This document shows, piece by piece, positions 29,814 to 39,635 of a stretch of 64,000 nucleotides of DNA. The stretch covers positions 774 to 64,773 of the forward strand of contig JAKPXC010000040.1 in NCBI GenBank assembly GCA_029567705.1. Direction: 5' to 3'. The position numbers and the translations under genes were made by a program. The notes under the pieces were generated by a model. That model was not told the DNA's origin and searched no databases. It saw only the letters and a list, made by a program, of their open reading frames with translations. The stretch is from Candidatus Cloacimonadota bacterium (GTDB taxonomy: Bacteria > Cloacimonadota > Cloacimonadia > Cloacimonadales > Cloacimonadaceae). Within the stretch, counting starts at the first letter, position 1. The number at the start of each line of letters is the position of its first letter.

Positions 29814-32687
29814 ATGATAGATAATGACTTTGTCTTTGGTGCGGATTTCTTTTCTCTGGATTCAGAGGAAGAACAAAGCGTTCAGAAACTCGAGCTTCGT
29901 GAAGGTGAACTGCGCGAAGTGGCAGTGCTGTTTGCCGACATAAAAGGCTTCAGCAGCATCTCCAATCTCTTCGACGCTGAGACTATCCACAAAAAGATGG
30001 ATGAGATCATGAAGATCTTCACACGCTGCATTGTTTTTTACGGCGGTGTAGTGGATAAATATATGGGTGATGGCATCATGGCGCTCTTTGGAGCCAAGAA
30101 AGCCAGCGAGCAGGATACCGAGCGCTCCATCCACGCTGCCATCAAGATGCAGCAACAGTTACAGCTCTACAACAACTTACTCTCAAGACAACCCGGTTTT
30201 GAAAACCTGAGCCTGGGGCTTCGCATTGGTATCAACAGCGGCTTGGTTAGCGTTGGCAAGATCGGGCAAGACAGAGGCGATGAATTCACCGTATACGGTC
30301 CCGAAGTGAACCTTGCTTCCCGCATGGAATCCAATGCCCCGGTCAATCAGATTATGATGCCCCAAAACACCAAGAAACTGGTAGAGAGAATCTTCGATTT
30401 TGATTATGTGGGTCCTGTTACGGTAAAAGGCTTCTCGGAGCCTATTGAAGCCTGGGTGGTGAAAGGACCAAAGCTTGATGCCTCATTACATAGAAGAAAT
30501 CAAAAGATCCGCTACGTTGGCAGAGAGGAAGAACAAGCCCGTCTGGAATCCCTCCTGAACCAAGCCCAGACCGAACACGGCAGCAGAGCCATCTGCGTTT
30601 CCGTCAAAGGGGAAGCTGGCTTGGGCAAGACCCGGTTGATCTATGAATTTGAATCAGCTCACACCACAGATATAAACGTTCTCCATGGCGCATGCAGTGC
30701 TGTGATACCTTCTCCTCTGAACCTTTTCAGCAGCATGTTTGAGAACCTCTTCCGGATCAGCATCAATGAGCCCATCCAAACCAAACAGGCCAAATTTGAA
30801 ACAGCCTATGCCAATCTACTGGAATCTGCTCCCCAAAACGTTTCTGATACCCTTAAAGACATTATACCCCTGATCGGTTATCTCTTGGAGATACGTTATC
30901 AGGACGACCGACTTAAGCAGACTGGGCCAGACCTCCTCAGCCATCTTTCACGCTCCATAGAAAGCTTCCTGGTGGAGTACATCAAGCTCAAATCAGATCC
31001 TACTCACACAATGGTTCTGATCCTGGATGACCTGCATTGGATCGATGAAGCCTCTTCCAAGGTGCTGGAGAACCTCCTCAACACTATCTCCCGTGATGAT
31101 CGTCTGAATAAGTTGCTATTGATCTTGATGCACCGTCCAGATTACCAGGTACCTAGCTTTATCAGTCTATTGGTGGAACACCATGAGATAAGCCTGCTGC
31201 CTCTTTCCAGACAGCATATTGAAGACCTGATCAGAGAGTTCATTGGAGAACTGACTTTAAGCCAGGAGAATCTGGAGACAGTTATCCGTCTCTCTGAGGG
31301 CAACCCCTTCTTCCTGGAAGAATGGTGCAACTACATCGATGAACTACCCAAAGACCAGCTCAAGGACTTCCCCGTTCCGGTCAATCTTCACACCCTGATC
31401 CTCACACGTCTGGATAAGCTTTCCGTGCCATTGCGCATGCTGCTCTACAAAGCAGCCGTCATAGGTAACGAATTCTTCGTGGAAATCTTGCGCAAAGTTG
31501 AGAACCGTCTGCGTGATCCCCTTGACATAGATGCAACGCTTTCCGAGCTTGAGGAGCAGACCATCATCCTCCGCATGCTGGATTTTGAGTATCAAAGCTA
31601 TTACTTTAAACACATCACCACCAGGGAAGTGGCATATCAGACTCTCCTGATGGAGAATCGCAAGATGCTGCATCAGCTCACAGGCGAAGCCATTGAGGAA
31701 ATCTTTGCCGACCGGATAGATGAGTTCATCTTCACTCTAGCCGAACACTATTCCAAAGCCGATAATCGCGAGAAAGCCCTCCACTACTTGCAAAAAGCAG
31801 CAGATTATGCCAGCAAGATATACAATAATAAGCAAGCCCTCCAACTTTATGAACAGATTTTAGCTATCCTGCCTTTTGATGCAGAGCAGAGAAGACTGGA
31901 GACCCGCTTTCGCATCGCTGAGATACAGTGGATGACGGGCAATTGGAAGGATTCCATCTCTGAGGTGGAAAGCATCCTGCAGACTTGTGTTTCTTCATCC
32001 TGCCGGGAGCTAGCCTTTGAAGCACATCGCTTTCTGGGTATCGCTGCCTTCTATAAGGGCGATATCGATACCGCCTTCCAGGAACTCAGCAGTTCACACC
32101 AAATCGCAGTTGAGCTCAACGATAAACGTCTCTTATGCATTGCCAGCGGCAACCTGGGCAACTGGTATTTCCAAACCAAGGACTACGCCAAGGCCAAGGA
32201 CTTGCAGCGTACGGGGCTAGACCTGGCAGCAGAACTCTCGGACGCCCAAAGGCAAGCTAAAGCACTCTCAAACCTAGGCTTGATCCACTTGGAAGAAGGT
32301 GAGTTTATTGAGGCGGAAAAGGCAATGACCGAGAGTCTCAATATTGCCCAGATCCACCGGCTGATGAAAGAAGAATCAATTGCCCTCGGTAACTTGGGCT
32401 ATATCTTCATCAAGCAATCCCGCAACGACGAAGCTATCCCCTACCTCAAGACCAAGCTGGAACTCGCTGAAGCAATGAACGACAAGCTCGAGCTTATCAA
32501 AGCTTTGGGAAATCTGGGCAATATCGCCAAGCACAATGAGGATTATCCCGAAGCCATCAAATGCTTCCAAAGAATCCTTGAGCTGCGGATCTATCTGGGA
32601 GATGAAAAAGGCCAGAATCTTGTCCGGGATGAGCTTCATAGCCTCTCCGAGCTGCTCAGCAAGTCCGAAGATAGCCCTCCGGACTAA
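29814..32687 (+). CDS. Class III adenylate/guanylate cyclase - STAND/AAA NTPase - TPR multidomain protein
   Basis: Cyclase motifs VAVLFADIKGFS, YMGDGIMALFG and FTVYGPEVNLASRMES. P-loop VKGEAGLGKTRL. Walker B MVLILDDLHWIDEAS. C-terminal ALxNLGxxY TPR repeats. Start is uncertain: ATG 29814 or TTG 29784. Confidence 0.8.
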   Translation: MIDNDFVFGADFFSLDSEEEQSVQKLELREGELREVAVLFADIKGFSSISNLFDAETIHKKMDEIMKIFTRCIVFYGGVVDKYMGDGIMALFGAKKASEQDTERSIHAAIKMQQQLQLYNNLLSRQPGFENLSLGLRIGINSGLVSVGKIGQDRGDEFTVYGPEVNLASRMESNAPVNQIMMPQNTKKLVERIFDFDYVGPVTVKGFSEPIEAWVVKGPKLDASLHRRNQKIRYVGREEEQARLESLLNQAQTEHGSRAICVSVKGEAGLGKTRLIYEFESAHTTDINVLHGACSAVIPSPLNLFSSMFENLFRISINEPIQTKQAKFETAYANLLESAPQNVSDTLKDIIPLIGYLLEIRYQDDRLKQTGPDLLSHLSRSIESFLVEYIKLKSDPTHTMVLILDDLHWIDEASSKVLENLLNTISRDDRLNKLLLILMHRPDYQVPSFISLLVEHHEISLLPLSRQHIEDLIREFIGELTLSQENLETVIRLSEGNPFFLEEWCNYIDELPKDQLKDFPVPVNLHTLILTRLDKLSVPLRMLLYKAAVIGNEFFVEILRKVENRLRDPLDIDATLSELEEQTIILRMLDFEYQSYYFKHITTREVAYQTLLMENRKMLHQLTGEAIEEIFADRIDEFIFTLAEHYSKADNREKALHYLQKAADYASKIYNNKQALQLYEQILAILPFDAEQRRLETRFRIAEIQWMTGNWKDSISEVESILQTCVSSSCRELAFEAHRFLGIAAFYKGDIDTAFQELSSSHQIAVELNDKRLLCIASGNLGNWYFQTKDYAKAKDLQRTGLDLAAELSDAQRQAKALSNLGLIHLEEGEFIEAEKAMTESLNIAQIHRLMKEESIALGNLGYIFIKQSRNDEAIPYLKTKLELAEAMNDKLELIKALGNLGNIAKHNEDYPEAIKCFQRILELRIYLGDEKGQNLVRDELHSLSELLSKSEDSPPD

Positions 32688-32739
32688 TCATTCCTTTATT
32701 CTATTGGCTCCCCATCCCTGCATCACCTCTTTCCTATCG

Positions 32740-32808
32740 CTTCCTAATACAATTCCTTAACCCATCCTTAACCTCAGCTAAGGAAATGCTTATTCTGCAC
32801 TAAGTTAC
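32740..32808 (-). repeat. GGTTAAGGAT-unit intergenic element, copy 4 (2 units)
   Basis: The reverse complement reads cgTAACTTAgtGCAGAATAAGcaTTTCCTTAGCtgagGTTAAGGATGGGTTAAGGAattgtATTAGGAAG, followed by CGATAGGAAAGAGGTGATGCAGGGATGGGGAG. Confidence 0.9.
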
Positions 32809-32953
32809 GGCTTGGGCATCTACCTAGTGAGCGATGTGATTGAAACAGAGTGGCTTAAGACTGCAAACAAAGCTGAAGACTGCGATTCTTCAGTCGCAGG
32901 TGTCTTTAGTCTCCAATTCCTGCCGTCTTGATGTGAATTTGCCTGAACATTCG

Positions 32954-32981
32954 TTGCACAAGCTGCTCCGCCACCTATATT
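32954..32981 (+). promoter_or_regulatory. Sigma70-like promoter candidate for the cupin/M42 genes
   Basis: TTGCAC, 16-nt spacer, TATATT; 35 nt upstream of the ATG at 33017. Confidence 0.45.
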
Positions 32982-33016
32982 ATCAGTATAATCCAATTCC
33001 TGATTAGGAGAATATA

Positions 33017-33412
33017 ATGAAACTAATGAACGCTTACGACGTCGAGCTTGAACCTGTTCAGGCTGAAGGTGCGGTGGGGGCCAAGATTCGCTGGCTCATC
33101 GCCCAAAAAGATGGTGCTCCAAACTTTGCACTCCGGCTCTTTGAGGTCGATCCTCAGGGGCAAACTCCCTATCATGAACACGATTGGGAACATGAGATTT
33201 TCTGTCTCTCAGGCTCCGGAATGCTTCTTACAGAACGCGGAGAGTTACCCTTTGGCACGGATGACATAATCTATGTCGATCCCAATATGAAGCATGCCTT
33301 TAAGAACGTGGGAGAGTCCACTCTGAAGTTCCTCTGCATTATTCCGCACGAACATCCGGTTCCCAAGAAGAAGATCAATCCCTTTGCCGCTGAAACTGCC
33401 AATAACTGCTAG
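33017..33412 (+). CDS. Cupin-domain protein
   Basis: GQTPYHEHDWEHEIFCLSGSG...HAFKN is a cupin His-cluster motif. AGGAG SD. Confidence 0.75.
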   Translation: MKLMNAYDVELEPVQAEGAVGAKIRWLIAQKDGAPNFALRLFEVDPQGQTPYHEHDWEHEIFCLSGSGMLLTERGELPFGTDDIIYVDPNMKHAFKNVGESTLKFLCIIPHEHPVPKKKINPFAAETANNC

Positions 33413-33420
33413 GGTGAATC

Positions 33421-34482
33421 ATGATAGATAAAAAGAATCTCGGTTTCTTCCGCGAACTCGTTTCAACCCCAAGCCCCTCAGGATTCGAAAGCCCCGCCCA
33501 AGAGGTGGTAAAGAACTACCTAAAACCTTATGCCGATAGCATATTGCAGGATCGTAATGGCAACCTCATTGCTCACAAGAAGGGCAGCGGTAAGCTGAAG
33601 GTGATGGTGGTTGGCCATGCCGACGAAATTGGAATGATCGTAAACTACATTGATGAAAGTGGATATGTCTATGTGCGTACCCTGGGAGGTTTTGATGTGA
33701 ATCTGCTTCCAGGCCTGAGGTTGGATATTCACCATCAAGGCAAGATAGTCAAAGGTGTGATCGGCAAAAAGCCGGTGCACATGCTGCGAGGCGGAGATGA
33801 TAATCCCAAGCTCAAGCTGGAAGACCTCTGGATAGATATTGGTGCTGCCAATAAGGAAGAAGCTCTCACTAAAGTATCTATCGGTGATATCATCACATTT
33901 ACTAATGAGATAGTGATGCTTTCTGAAGATAGAATCATGACAAAAGCTACGGATAATAAAGCCGGAGTGTATGTTGCGGCAGCCGTGATGGAAGCACTCT
34001 CCCAAAAGAAGCACAAAGCAAACTACTATGCTGTGTCCTCTGTAGGAGAGGAAACCACCATGAAGGGTGCTTCAACCAGTACTTATCAAGTGGAGCCTGA
34101 TATCGCTATAGCAGTTGATGTTACCTTCACTTCAGATATCCCTGGTGCTGATAAACGAGTCTATGGTGATGTAGCTTTGGGAAATGGACCAGTCCTGACT
34201 CTCGGAGCTATGGTGCATCCTAAGCTCAATCAAAGCCTGATAGATTTGGCTGCAAAGCATAAGATACCTCTACAGATAGAGATAGCCGGAGGAAGAACTG
34301 GTACAGACGCAGATGCCATTCATGCCAATCGAGGTGGAGTGGCAACCTTGGTGCTGTCTATCCCGAACCGCTATATGCACTCTCCCAATGAGCTTATCTC
34401 ATTGAGTGATCTCGATAATGCTGTAAAGCTGGTGACGGCTTTTATCCAAAGTCTGGACGATAAGGTTGATTTGAGCCGCTAG
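33421..34482 (+). CDS. M42 family glutamyl aminopeptidase (FrvX/PepA-like)
   Basis: FRELVSTPSPSGFE, VVGHADEIGMIV and TDNKAGVYV motifs. Confidence 0.85.
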   Translation: MIDKKNLGFFRELVSTPSPSGFESPAQEVVKNYLKPYADSILQDRNGNLIAHKKGSGKLKVMVVGHADEIGMIVNYIDESGYVYVRTLGGFDVNLLPGLRLDIHHQGKIVKGVIGKKPVHMLRGGDDNPKLKLEDLWIDIGAANKEEALTKVSIGDIITFTNEIVMLSEDRIMTKATDNKAGVYVAAAVMEALSQKKHKANYYAVSSVGEETTMKGASTSTYQVEPDIAIAVDVTFTSDIPGADKRVYGDVALGNGPVLTLGAMVHPKLNQSLIDLAAKHKIPLQIEIAGGRTGTDADAIHANRGGVATLVLSIPNRYMHSPNELISLSDLDNAVKLVTAFIQSLDDKVDLSR

Positions 34483-36255
34483 CTACTTCTTAAGATGCTC
34501 GTGCAGGAAATCGTGGTAATCCTGATTTTGGAATACCAGTTCTTCATGAGTGCCCTTGTGGCAATGACCTTGTGAATCTATATAAAGAACGCTGTCCACA
34601 TAACGCAAAGTGGAGAGCCTGTGAGAGATAACTATGGCAGAGATGCCGGGATAATGCTTGTCGATATCCTGCCATAGTTTCTCTTCATTCTCGGCATCGA
34701 GAGAGGCAGTTATATCGTCAAGAATAAGCAGCTCAGGGTGCTTGATCAGTGCTCTGGCAACCGTTATCCGCTGTTTCTGTCCACCCGAAACACCTAGGCC
34801 CCGGGAACCCACCACCGTCTCATCCTGCTGCGGAAAATCGTTGATTTCAGAAGCAAGTTGGGAGGTTCTCACGGCTTTCTGATAATCATCATCGGTGGTA
34901 TCTTTGGTAACGAAGCGGATGTTCTGCTTGATTGAGCCGCCAAACAAGACGGGTTCCTGAGGCACAAAGCCCAATAAATCCCTGAAACTTGAAATGTTAA
35001 GGCTGTCCAGGTTCAGATCATTTACCAGGATTTGCCCCTCTGTGGGCGGAACAAGGCCAGCTATCATGTGAGCCAGAGTGGATTTTCCGGCTCCCGTTGC
35101 ACCCAGAATCAAGAGCTTCTCCCCTCTCTTCAGGCTGAAACTGCAGTCCTTAATGACAGCTTCCGTTTTATCGGAATAGGTGCAGCTCACTTCATCAAAG
35201 CTCAAGCTTTCAAAGGTTTTAATCACTATACCAGTTGAGCTGTCACGGTTGTAAGTCGGGTAGTCCTTCATCTCTTCCAAGCGGTCGATATTCACAAAAG
35301 CCTGTTTACCGGAGACAAAGAGCTGAGGAAGATCCAAAAGTGGGTAGATCATCATGCTCAAGTAGGTGTAGAACAAGAAGAAAGTGCCAACCGTGATCTC
35401 TCCCTTCACAGCCATGTAGCCACCAAAAAGGATCACAGCAATCTGGGCAAAATAATCAATATACTCATATATTAGGTGTAGGATGGCATTGAGCTTCACC
35501 ACGCTCATCTCTGTCTTGAATCGTTTAGCCAAAGCTATATCGAAGAATCTGTTATACTTCTCTTCTGAAACAAATGCTTTTACTATTCTGATACCCGAAA
35601 AGCTCATCTCAAGCTGAGAATTAATATTGCTGATAGCTTGCTGGTTACGCTCGAAGTTCTTGTAGAGTTTATCGGAAGTAACATAGAACACTACCATCAT
35701 CAACGGCAGCGGTGAGATGGAGAAGAGAGTCAGCTTCCAATTGATACTGAACATCACGATCATACTAAAGAGAATCAGGCTGAATGAATTGAAAGCCCGA
35801 AAGATACCGGAGCATAGGAACCAACTGATCTTGGGAAATTCAGACAGGTCGTCTGTGAGCCTGGTAACGATATCACCAGTGCGGTATTTCTGGAAGAAGC
35901 GATAGTCCTTCTTGCAGATATACTTGAAGTAGAAGAGTCTTAAGCTATGCTCAAAGCGTAGGTTAACCAGAGCCCGGAAGGAAGGATAGAAACCCGTTAT
36001 AAGCTGAGCTGAGCCAACCGCAATAAAGATCCAGAGCACGTTCTTTATCTGCTGCATGGCATCGTTGTACTTCACTGCATCCAGCTTCAGTATCTCTGGA
36101 GCAGGTAAGGCCCTCAACATGTCTATCAGTCGCTTAAAGACCATCGGGAAAGCAATGGAGATTCCTGAAGAAACCAGAGTGAAAACGATCATGATAAGCA
36201 CGAACCACTTCTGTGCTACCCACTGCTTATAGACCCACTTGATATTCTTATTCAT
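34483..36255 (-). CDS. ABC exporter, fused permease/ATPase (MdlB-type half transporter)
   Basis: Six-TM N-terminal domain. Walker A GATGAGKST. Signature VSGGQKQR. Walker B LILDD. Confidence 0.85.
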   Translation of the reverse strand: MNKNIKWVYKQWVAQKWFVLIMIVFTLVSSGISIAFPMVFKRLIDMLRALPAPEILKLDAVKYNDAMQQIKNVLWIFIAVGSAQLITGFYPSFRALVNLRFEHSLRLFYFKYICKKDYRFFQKYRTGDIVTRLTDDLSEFPKISWFLCSGIFRAFNSFSLILFSMIVMFSINWKLTLFSISPLPLMMVVFYVTSDKLYKNFERNQQAISNINSQLEMSFSGIRIVKAFVSEEKYNRFFDIALAKRFKTEMSVVKLNAILHLIYEYIDYFAQIAVILFGGYMAVKGEITVGTFFLFYTYLSMMIYPLLDLPQLFVSGKQAFVNIDRLEEMKDYPTYNRDSSTGIVIKTFESLSFDEVSCTYSDKTEAVIKDCSFSLKRGEKLLILGATGAGKSTLAHMIAGLVPPTEGQILVNDLNLDSLNISSFRDLLGFVPQEPVLFGGSIKQNIRFVTKDTTDDDYQKAVRTSQLASEINDFPQQDETVVGSRGLGVSGGQKQRITVARALIKHPELLILDDITASLDAENEEKLWQDIDKHYPGISAIVISHRLSTLRYVDSVLYIDSQGHCHKGTHEELVFQNQDYHDFLHEHLKK

Positions 36256-38017
36256 GCTTGTCTCCGGCCAAAATCTGGAGTTCTACGAGCTTGTGATATT
36301 CCTTGGAGCTCTGCATCAGTTCCTGGTGTCTTCCCCGGTCGATGATCTCTCCATCTTTGAAGAAGAGTATCTCATCCGCATCCAGAATGGAAGTGAGCCG
36401 ATGAGCCACGATCACTGCAGTCTTTCCGCTCAGGACTTTCTTCATGCTGCGTTGAATCCGGGCTTCCGTCTGTGGGTCTATAGAAGCTGTTGCTTCATCC
36501 ATCACGATGATTTCAGGCTCAAAAGCCAAGGCTCTGGCAAACGAGATAAGCTGCTTTTCTCCCTGAGAGATGTTCTGTCCACGTTCAGCCAGTTCAGCGT
36601 TGATGCCCAGTTCTTGATCCGATATAAACTCATCCATCTGCACAATCTTGATGGCTTTCTCCACATCTGCGGAGCTTACTTCATCGTTATACACCCGTAC
36701 GTTTTCCAAGATAGAGCCTGGAAAAAGGAAGATATCCTGTAGAATCAAGCCAATCTTGGAGCGCCAGGCACGGAAGTCGAGCTCGCTAATATCAGTTCCA
36801 TCGACAAGAATACTACCTTTCTGGATTCGGTAAAAGCCGCACAAGAGACTTATAGCCGTGGTTTTACCACTGCCGGAAGCACCAACCAGTGCTATCTGAC
36901 TACCCTTTGGTATCTTAAAACTAACTCCCCTGAGCACCCAGTCTTCGTTCTGATAAGCAAACCACACATCTCTGAACTCAATCTCATGTTCAAAAGATAC
37001 GCTGGCTGTTCCCGTGAAGATCTCGTCTTCAGTCTCAAGCTCCGTCATCTCCAATATTCTGCGCAGGGAAACGAAGCTTCTTTGAATCTGCATCACATTC
37101 TCGGAGATATGCATCAGAGGCCATATCATACGATACATGTATTGAATGAAGATGATCAATGTACCCAGACTCACCAAGCCCATCAGGATCTTTGGAGCAG
37201 ACATCAGAATGATCCCAACGATAAGCAGAACATTGAAGATAAACATGAAGACGCCCTGAGAACCATATTCCAGGAAGGAAGTACGGGTCTCGAGGTTCTT
37301 CTTCTCCCGGGAGGCTTGCTCCAGTTCCTTCATGATACGTCTTTCCTGGCTCAGCACCTGGATAATCTGCATCCCTTGAACGTAATCCGTTATCTTTGCA
37401 GTGATATCGGCATAACGCTCCCTAATCTTCTTGTAGAACTTGGAAAGGTACCGAATCAGGAACCAATAAGCCACGATCACGATTATTACAGGAGGAACAA
37501 TCAATATGGTAATATGCGGTTCCCGTACAAAGAGAACCACAAAGACACCCACAAAGAAAAGCAGATTGCCAATAATCATGATGGAAAGCTCGGAGAAAAG
37601 CACTTTAACTCTCTCACTATCGCTTTCCACACGCGCAATCAGTTCACCAACAGGCTGTTGATTAAACCAGGGGATAGGTAGTTTTAAGAGATGAGAGAAA
37701 ACTCTGGACTTAAATTGAGTTATTATCTTTATCCCCAATCTTGAAAGCAGTACTATCTGCAGATAGGAAAGCAGCCCAGAGAAGATCACCACCAGAACGA
37801 AGAAGAAGCCGTAACGGAACATCTCCGAGAGATCGTTATTGGGTATGCTTTTATCTATGATATGAGCCAAGATCAGGGGATCAATCAAACGCAGCCCGGA
37901 GGTCACCAACATGGCAAAAAGTCCAAATAAAAGCAGTCCCATGTCCTTCCGCAGATATGGCAAGAGGAGCTTGAAGTTACTACTGTGATTGGCTTTGCCT
38001 GATTCCCTGTTCTTCAT
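36248..38017 (-). CDS. ABC exporter, fused permease/ATPase (MdlA-type partner)
   Basis: Walker A GASGSGKTT. Signature ISQGEKQL. Walker B IVMDE. 8-nt overlap with the partner gene. Confidence 0.85.
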   Translation of the reverse strand: MKNRESGKANHSSNFKLLLPYLRKDMGLLLFGLFAMLVTSGLRLIDPLILAHIIDKSIPNNDLSEMFRYGFFFVLVVIFSGLLSYLQIVLLSRLGIKIITQFKSRVFSHLLKLPIPWFNQQPVGELIARVESDSERVKVLFSELSIMIIGNLLFFVGVFVVLFVREPHITILIVPPVIIVIVAYWFLIRYLSKFYKKIRERYADITAKITDYVQGMQIIQVLSQERRIMKELEQASREKKNLETRTSFLEYGSQGVFMFIFNVLLIVGIILMSAPKILMGLVSLGTLIIFIQYMYRMIWPLMHISENVMQIQRSFVSLRRILEMTELETEDEIFTGTASVSFEHEIEFRDVWFAYQNEDWVLRGVSFKIPKGSQIALVGASGSGKTTAISLLCGFYRIQKGSILVDGTDISELDFRAWRSKIGLILQDIFLFPGSILENVRVYNDEVSSADVEKAIKIVQMDEFISDQELGINAELAERGQNISQGEKQLISFARALAFEPEIIVMDEATASIDPQTEARIQRSMKKVLSGKTAVIVAHRLTSILDADEILFFKDGEIIDRGRHQELMQSSKEYHKLVELQILAGDKHE

Positions 38018-38085
38018 GGATGTTAAGTCTCGTTATAATGGTTACAATTATGTTCCGGAGCGGTTTCCGGGTGAGAAAAGACCAA

Positions 38086-38163
38086 TGGTCGGGATGACTG
38101 GATTCGAACCAGCGACTTCTCGGTCCCGAACCGAGCGCGCTAACCGGACTGCGCTACATCCCG
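38086..38163 (-). tRNA. tRNA-Pro(CGG), CCA encoded
   Basis: The reverse complement reads CGGGATGTAGCGCAGTCCGGTTAGCGCGCTCGGTTCGGGACCGAGAAGTCGCTGGTTCGAATCCAGTCATCCCGACCA. Anticodon loop TTCGGGA. Confidence 0.93.
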
Positions 38164-38176
38164 ACCGGTTTAGGGT

Positions 38177-38205
38177 ATGGATTTTCAGGAGGTCAGTTCT
38201 GTCAA
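38177..38205 (-). promoter_or_regulatory. Candidate promoter of tRNA-Pro(CGG)
   Basis: Minus strand: AGTCTTGACA, 17-nt spacer, ATCCAT; 13 nt before the mature 5' end. Weak -10. Confidence 0.35.
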
Positions 38206-38207
38206 GA

Positions 38208-39635
38208 CTATTCTTTGGAGATCGCCTTTAGTAAACGCTCTGCGTCCTCTGCGGTAATCTTACCGCTTTCCAGCATTTGCAGGATTTTAAGCCGGCTTTG
38301 CTCGGCAACCTGTTCTTTTTCGTCTGATCTTAATTCAAAGACGCCCGGGGCTACTTTTTTGATGGTCTTCATCACTTTCTCTGAGATCTTATCTCCCATA
38401 TCGGTATCGATGTGGAAAGCGAAATGATGCTTCCCAGCCCCTTTGAAACCTTCTTTGAATTTGTTCACATAGTCTTCTTCCTTGAATTTGTTTACGAATT
38501 CCTTAAAGGTCTCCTGCAGCTCTGCAGCCAGCTTCTCCACGGTTCCAGAGACCTTGTCCCGGGTTTCATCCATATCAAAGTTATCGCTTACTTCTTTGAG
38601 CTTGGTGAGTGCATCTTTGATTACATCACGCAGCTTATCTTCCTGGATGGCGGAGAGGCCTTTGTTCAGATACGCAGTGAGGTTTTCCACCAGCTTCTTT
38701 ACCTTTTCTTTGTCTTCAGGGCTACCGATCTTTTTCACAGCCTCTTTGAGCTGCTCCATCTTCTCCCTGAGGAAATCAAGGTTAAGATGTTCATCATAAG
38801 ATAGCTTTATCATGCCGTTTTCTGTACGTATGCTGATCTTGGAATCCATATCTCCACTCTTGATGACAAAGACACCATCATCTTTCTCAGGAGCAATGCC
38901 AAGCTTGTTTTTGATAACTCCCATTTCTGTCTCAGCCCGGAGCTCAAATCCCCAGAGATTAGGCAGAACCAAGCTGATTACACCATTCTCAGATTGGAAG
39001 TTCAGGTTTGCATTCTGCACAGGTAGGCTTTCGTAGAAAATAACCCCATTCTCGTTTTCTATCTTTACATTTGGATAGGAACTGGAACGCATCTTGATGG
39101 AGCCGTTTTCGCTGATCACCTTCAATTCATCTCCGCTCAAACCATCTGTGGAAAATGGTCCATTCTCCAAGGATACCTCAAGATTTCCCTTGTGATTGTG
39201 AATCTTGATGGGACCATTCTCGCTTTCCAGCTTCATATCGCCCGTGCAGTTTGAGAAGACACTGGGGCCGTTCTCCATTCTAAGCTGAATCTTAGCCTCA
39301 ATACCCGTGACAGAATATGGATGGTTCTCTCCTTCCAGAAGCAGCTCTTCAAGCTTGGGAATCTTTATCTCGAGCTTTATGGACATATCTCTTCCTTTGA
39401 AGATAGAACTATCAAACTCCTCTAACTCCAGTGTGATTTGACCATTGTTATACTCAAGAGCGTAGAAGTCTTCAAAATCCGGATCTTCATCAGGGGAAGA
39501 GACAGTGTAATTTGCTACAATAACCAATTCATCGTTTTGTGAGGGAGAAATGTGCACGGGAGCCATGTTGTTTATGATGCTCAACCGGATCGCACCCTCA
39601 AAGTTCTGCGTCTTTTCATAGTATAAAGTCTTCAT
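38208..39635 (-). CDS. DUF4097-type beta-strand repeat protein with a coiled-coil region and SHOCT-like C-terminal helix
   Basis: Repeated ENGPIKIHN/ENGSIKMRS/ENGVIFYES/ENGVISLVL/ENGMIKLSY strands. K/E-rich coiled region. C-terminal LESGKITAEDAERLLKAISKE. Confidence 0.7.
   Translation of the reverse strand: MKTLYYEKTQNFEGAIRLSIINNMAPVHISPSQNDELVIVANYTVSSPDEDPDFEDFYALEYNNGQITLELEEFDSSIFKGRDMSIKLEIKIPKLEELLLEGENHPYSVTGIEAKIQLRMENGPSVFSNCTGDMKLESENGPIKIHNHKGNLEVSLENGPFSTDGLSGDELKVISENGSIKMRSSSYPNVKIENENGVIFYESLPVQNANLNFQSENGVISLVLPNLWGFELRAETEMGVIKNKLGIAPEKDDGVFVIKSGDMDSKISIRTENGMIKLSYDEHLNLDFLREKMEQLKEAVKKIGSPEDKEKVKKLVENLTAYLNKGLSAIQEDKLRDVIKDALTKLKEVSDNFDMDETRDKVSGTVEKLAAELQETFKEFVNKFKEEDYVNKFKEGFKGAGKHHFAFHIDTDMGDKISEKVMKTIKKVAPGVFELRSDEKEQVAEQSRLKILQMLESGKITAEDAERLLKAISKE

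Noticed and set aside
28978-32687. Cyclase protein plus the adjacent membrane protein, considered as a Pycsar/CBASS-like defence pair.
   Set aside because: The neighbour is an ordinary TSUP/TauE transporter without a cyclic-nucleotide-binding domain and is coupled to the upstream OMP gene. The cyclase fusion type is common in non-defence contexts. The evidence is insufficient.
34480-34485. M42 peptidase and ABC exporter genes abut tail-to-tail with no intergenic base.
   Set aside because: This is real but probably just compact convergent genes. No hairpin or extra signal could be extracted from it.
37989-38231. 80-aa plus-strand ORF.
   Set aside because: It is the antisense translation of tRNA-Pro(CGG) and flanking non-coding DNA. 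It has no SD and no motifs.
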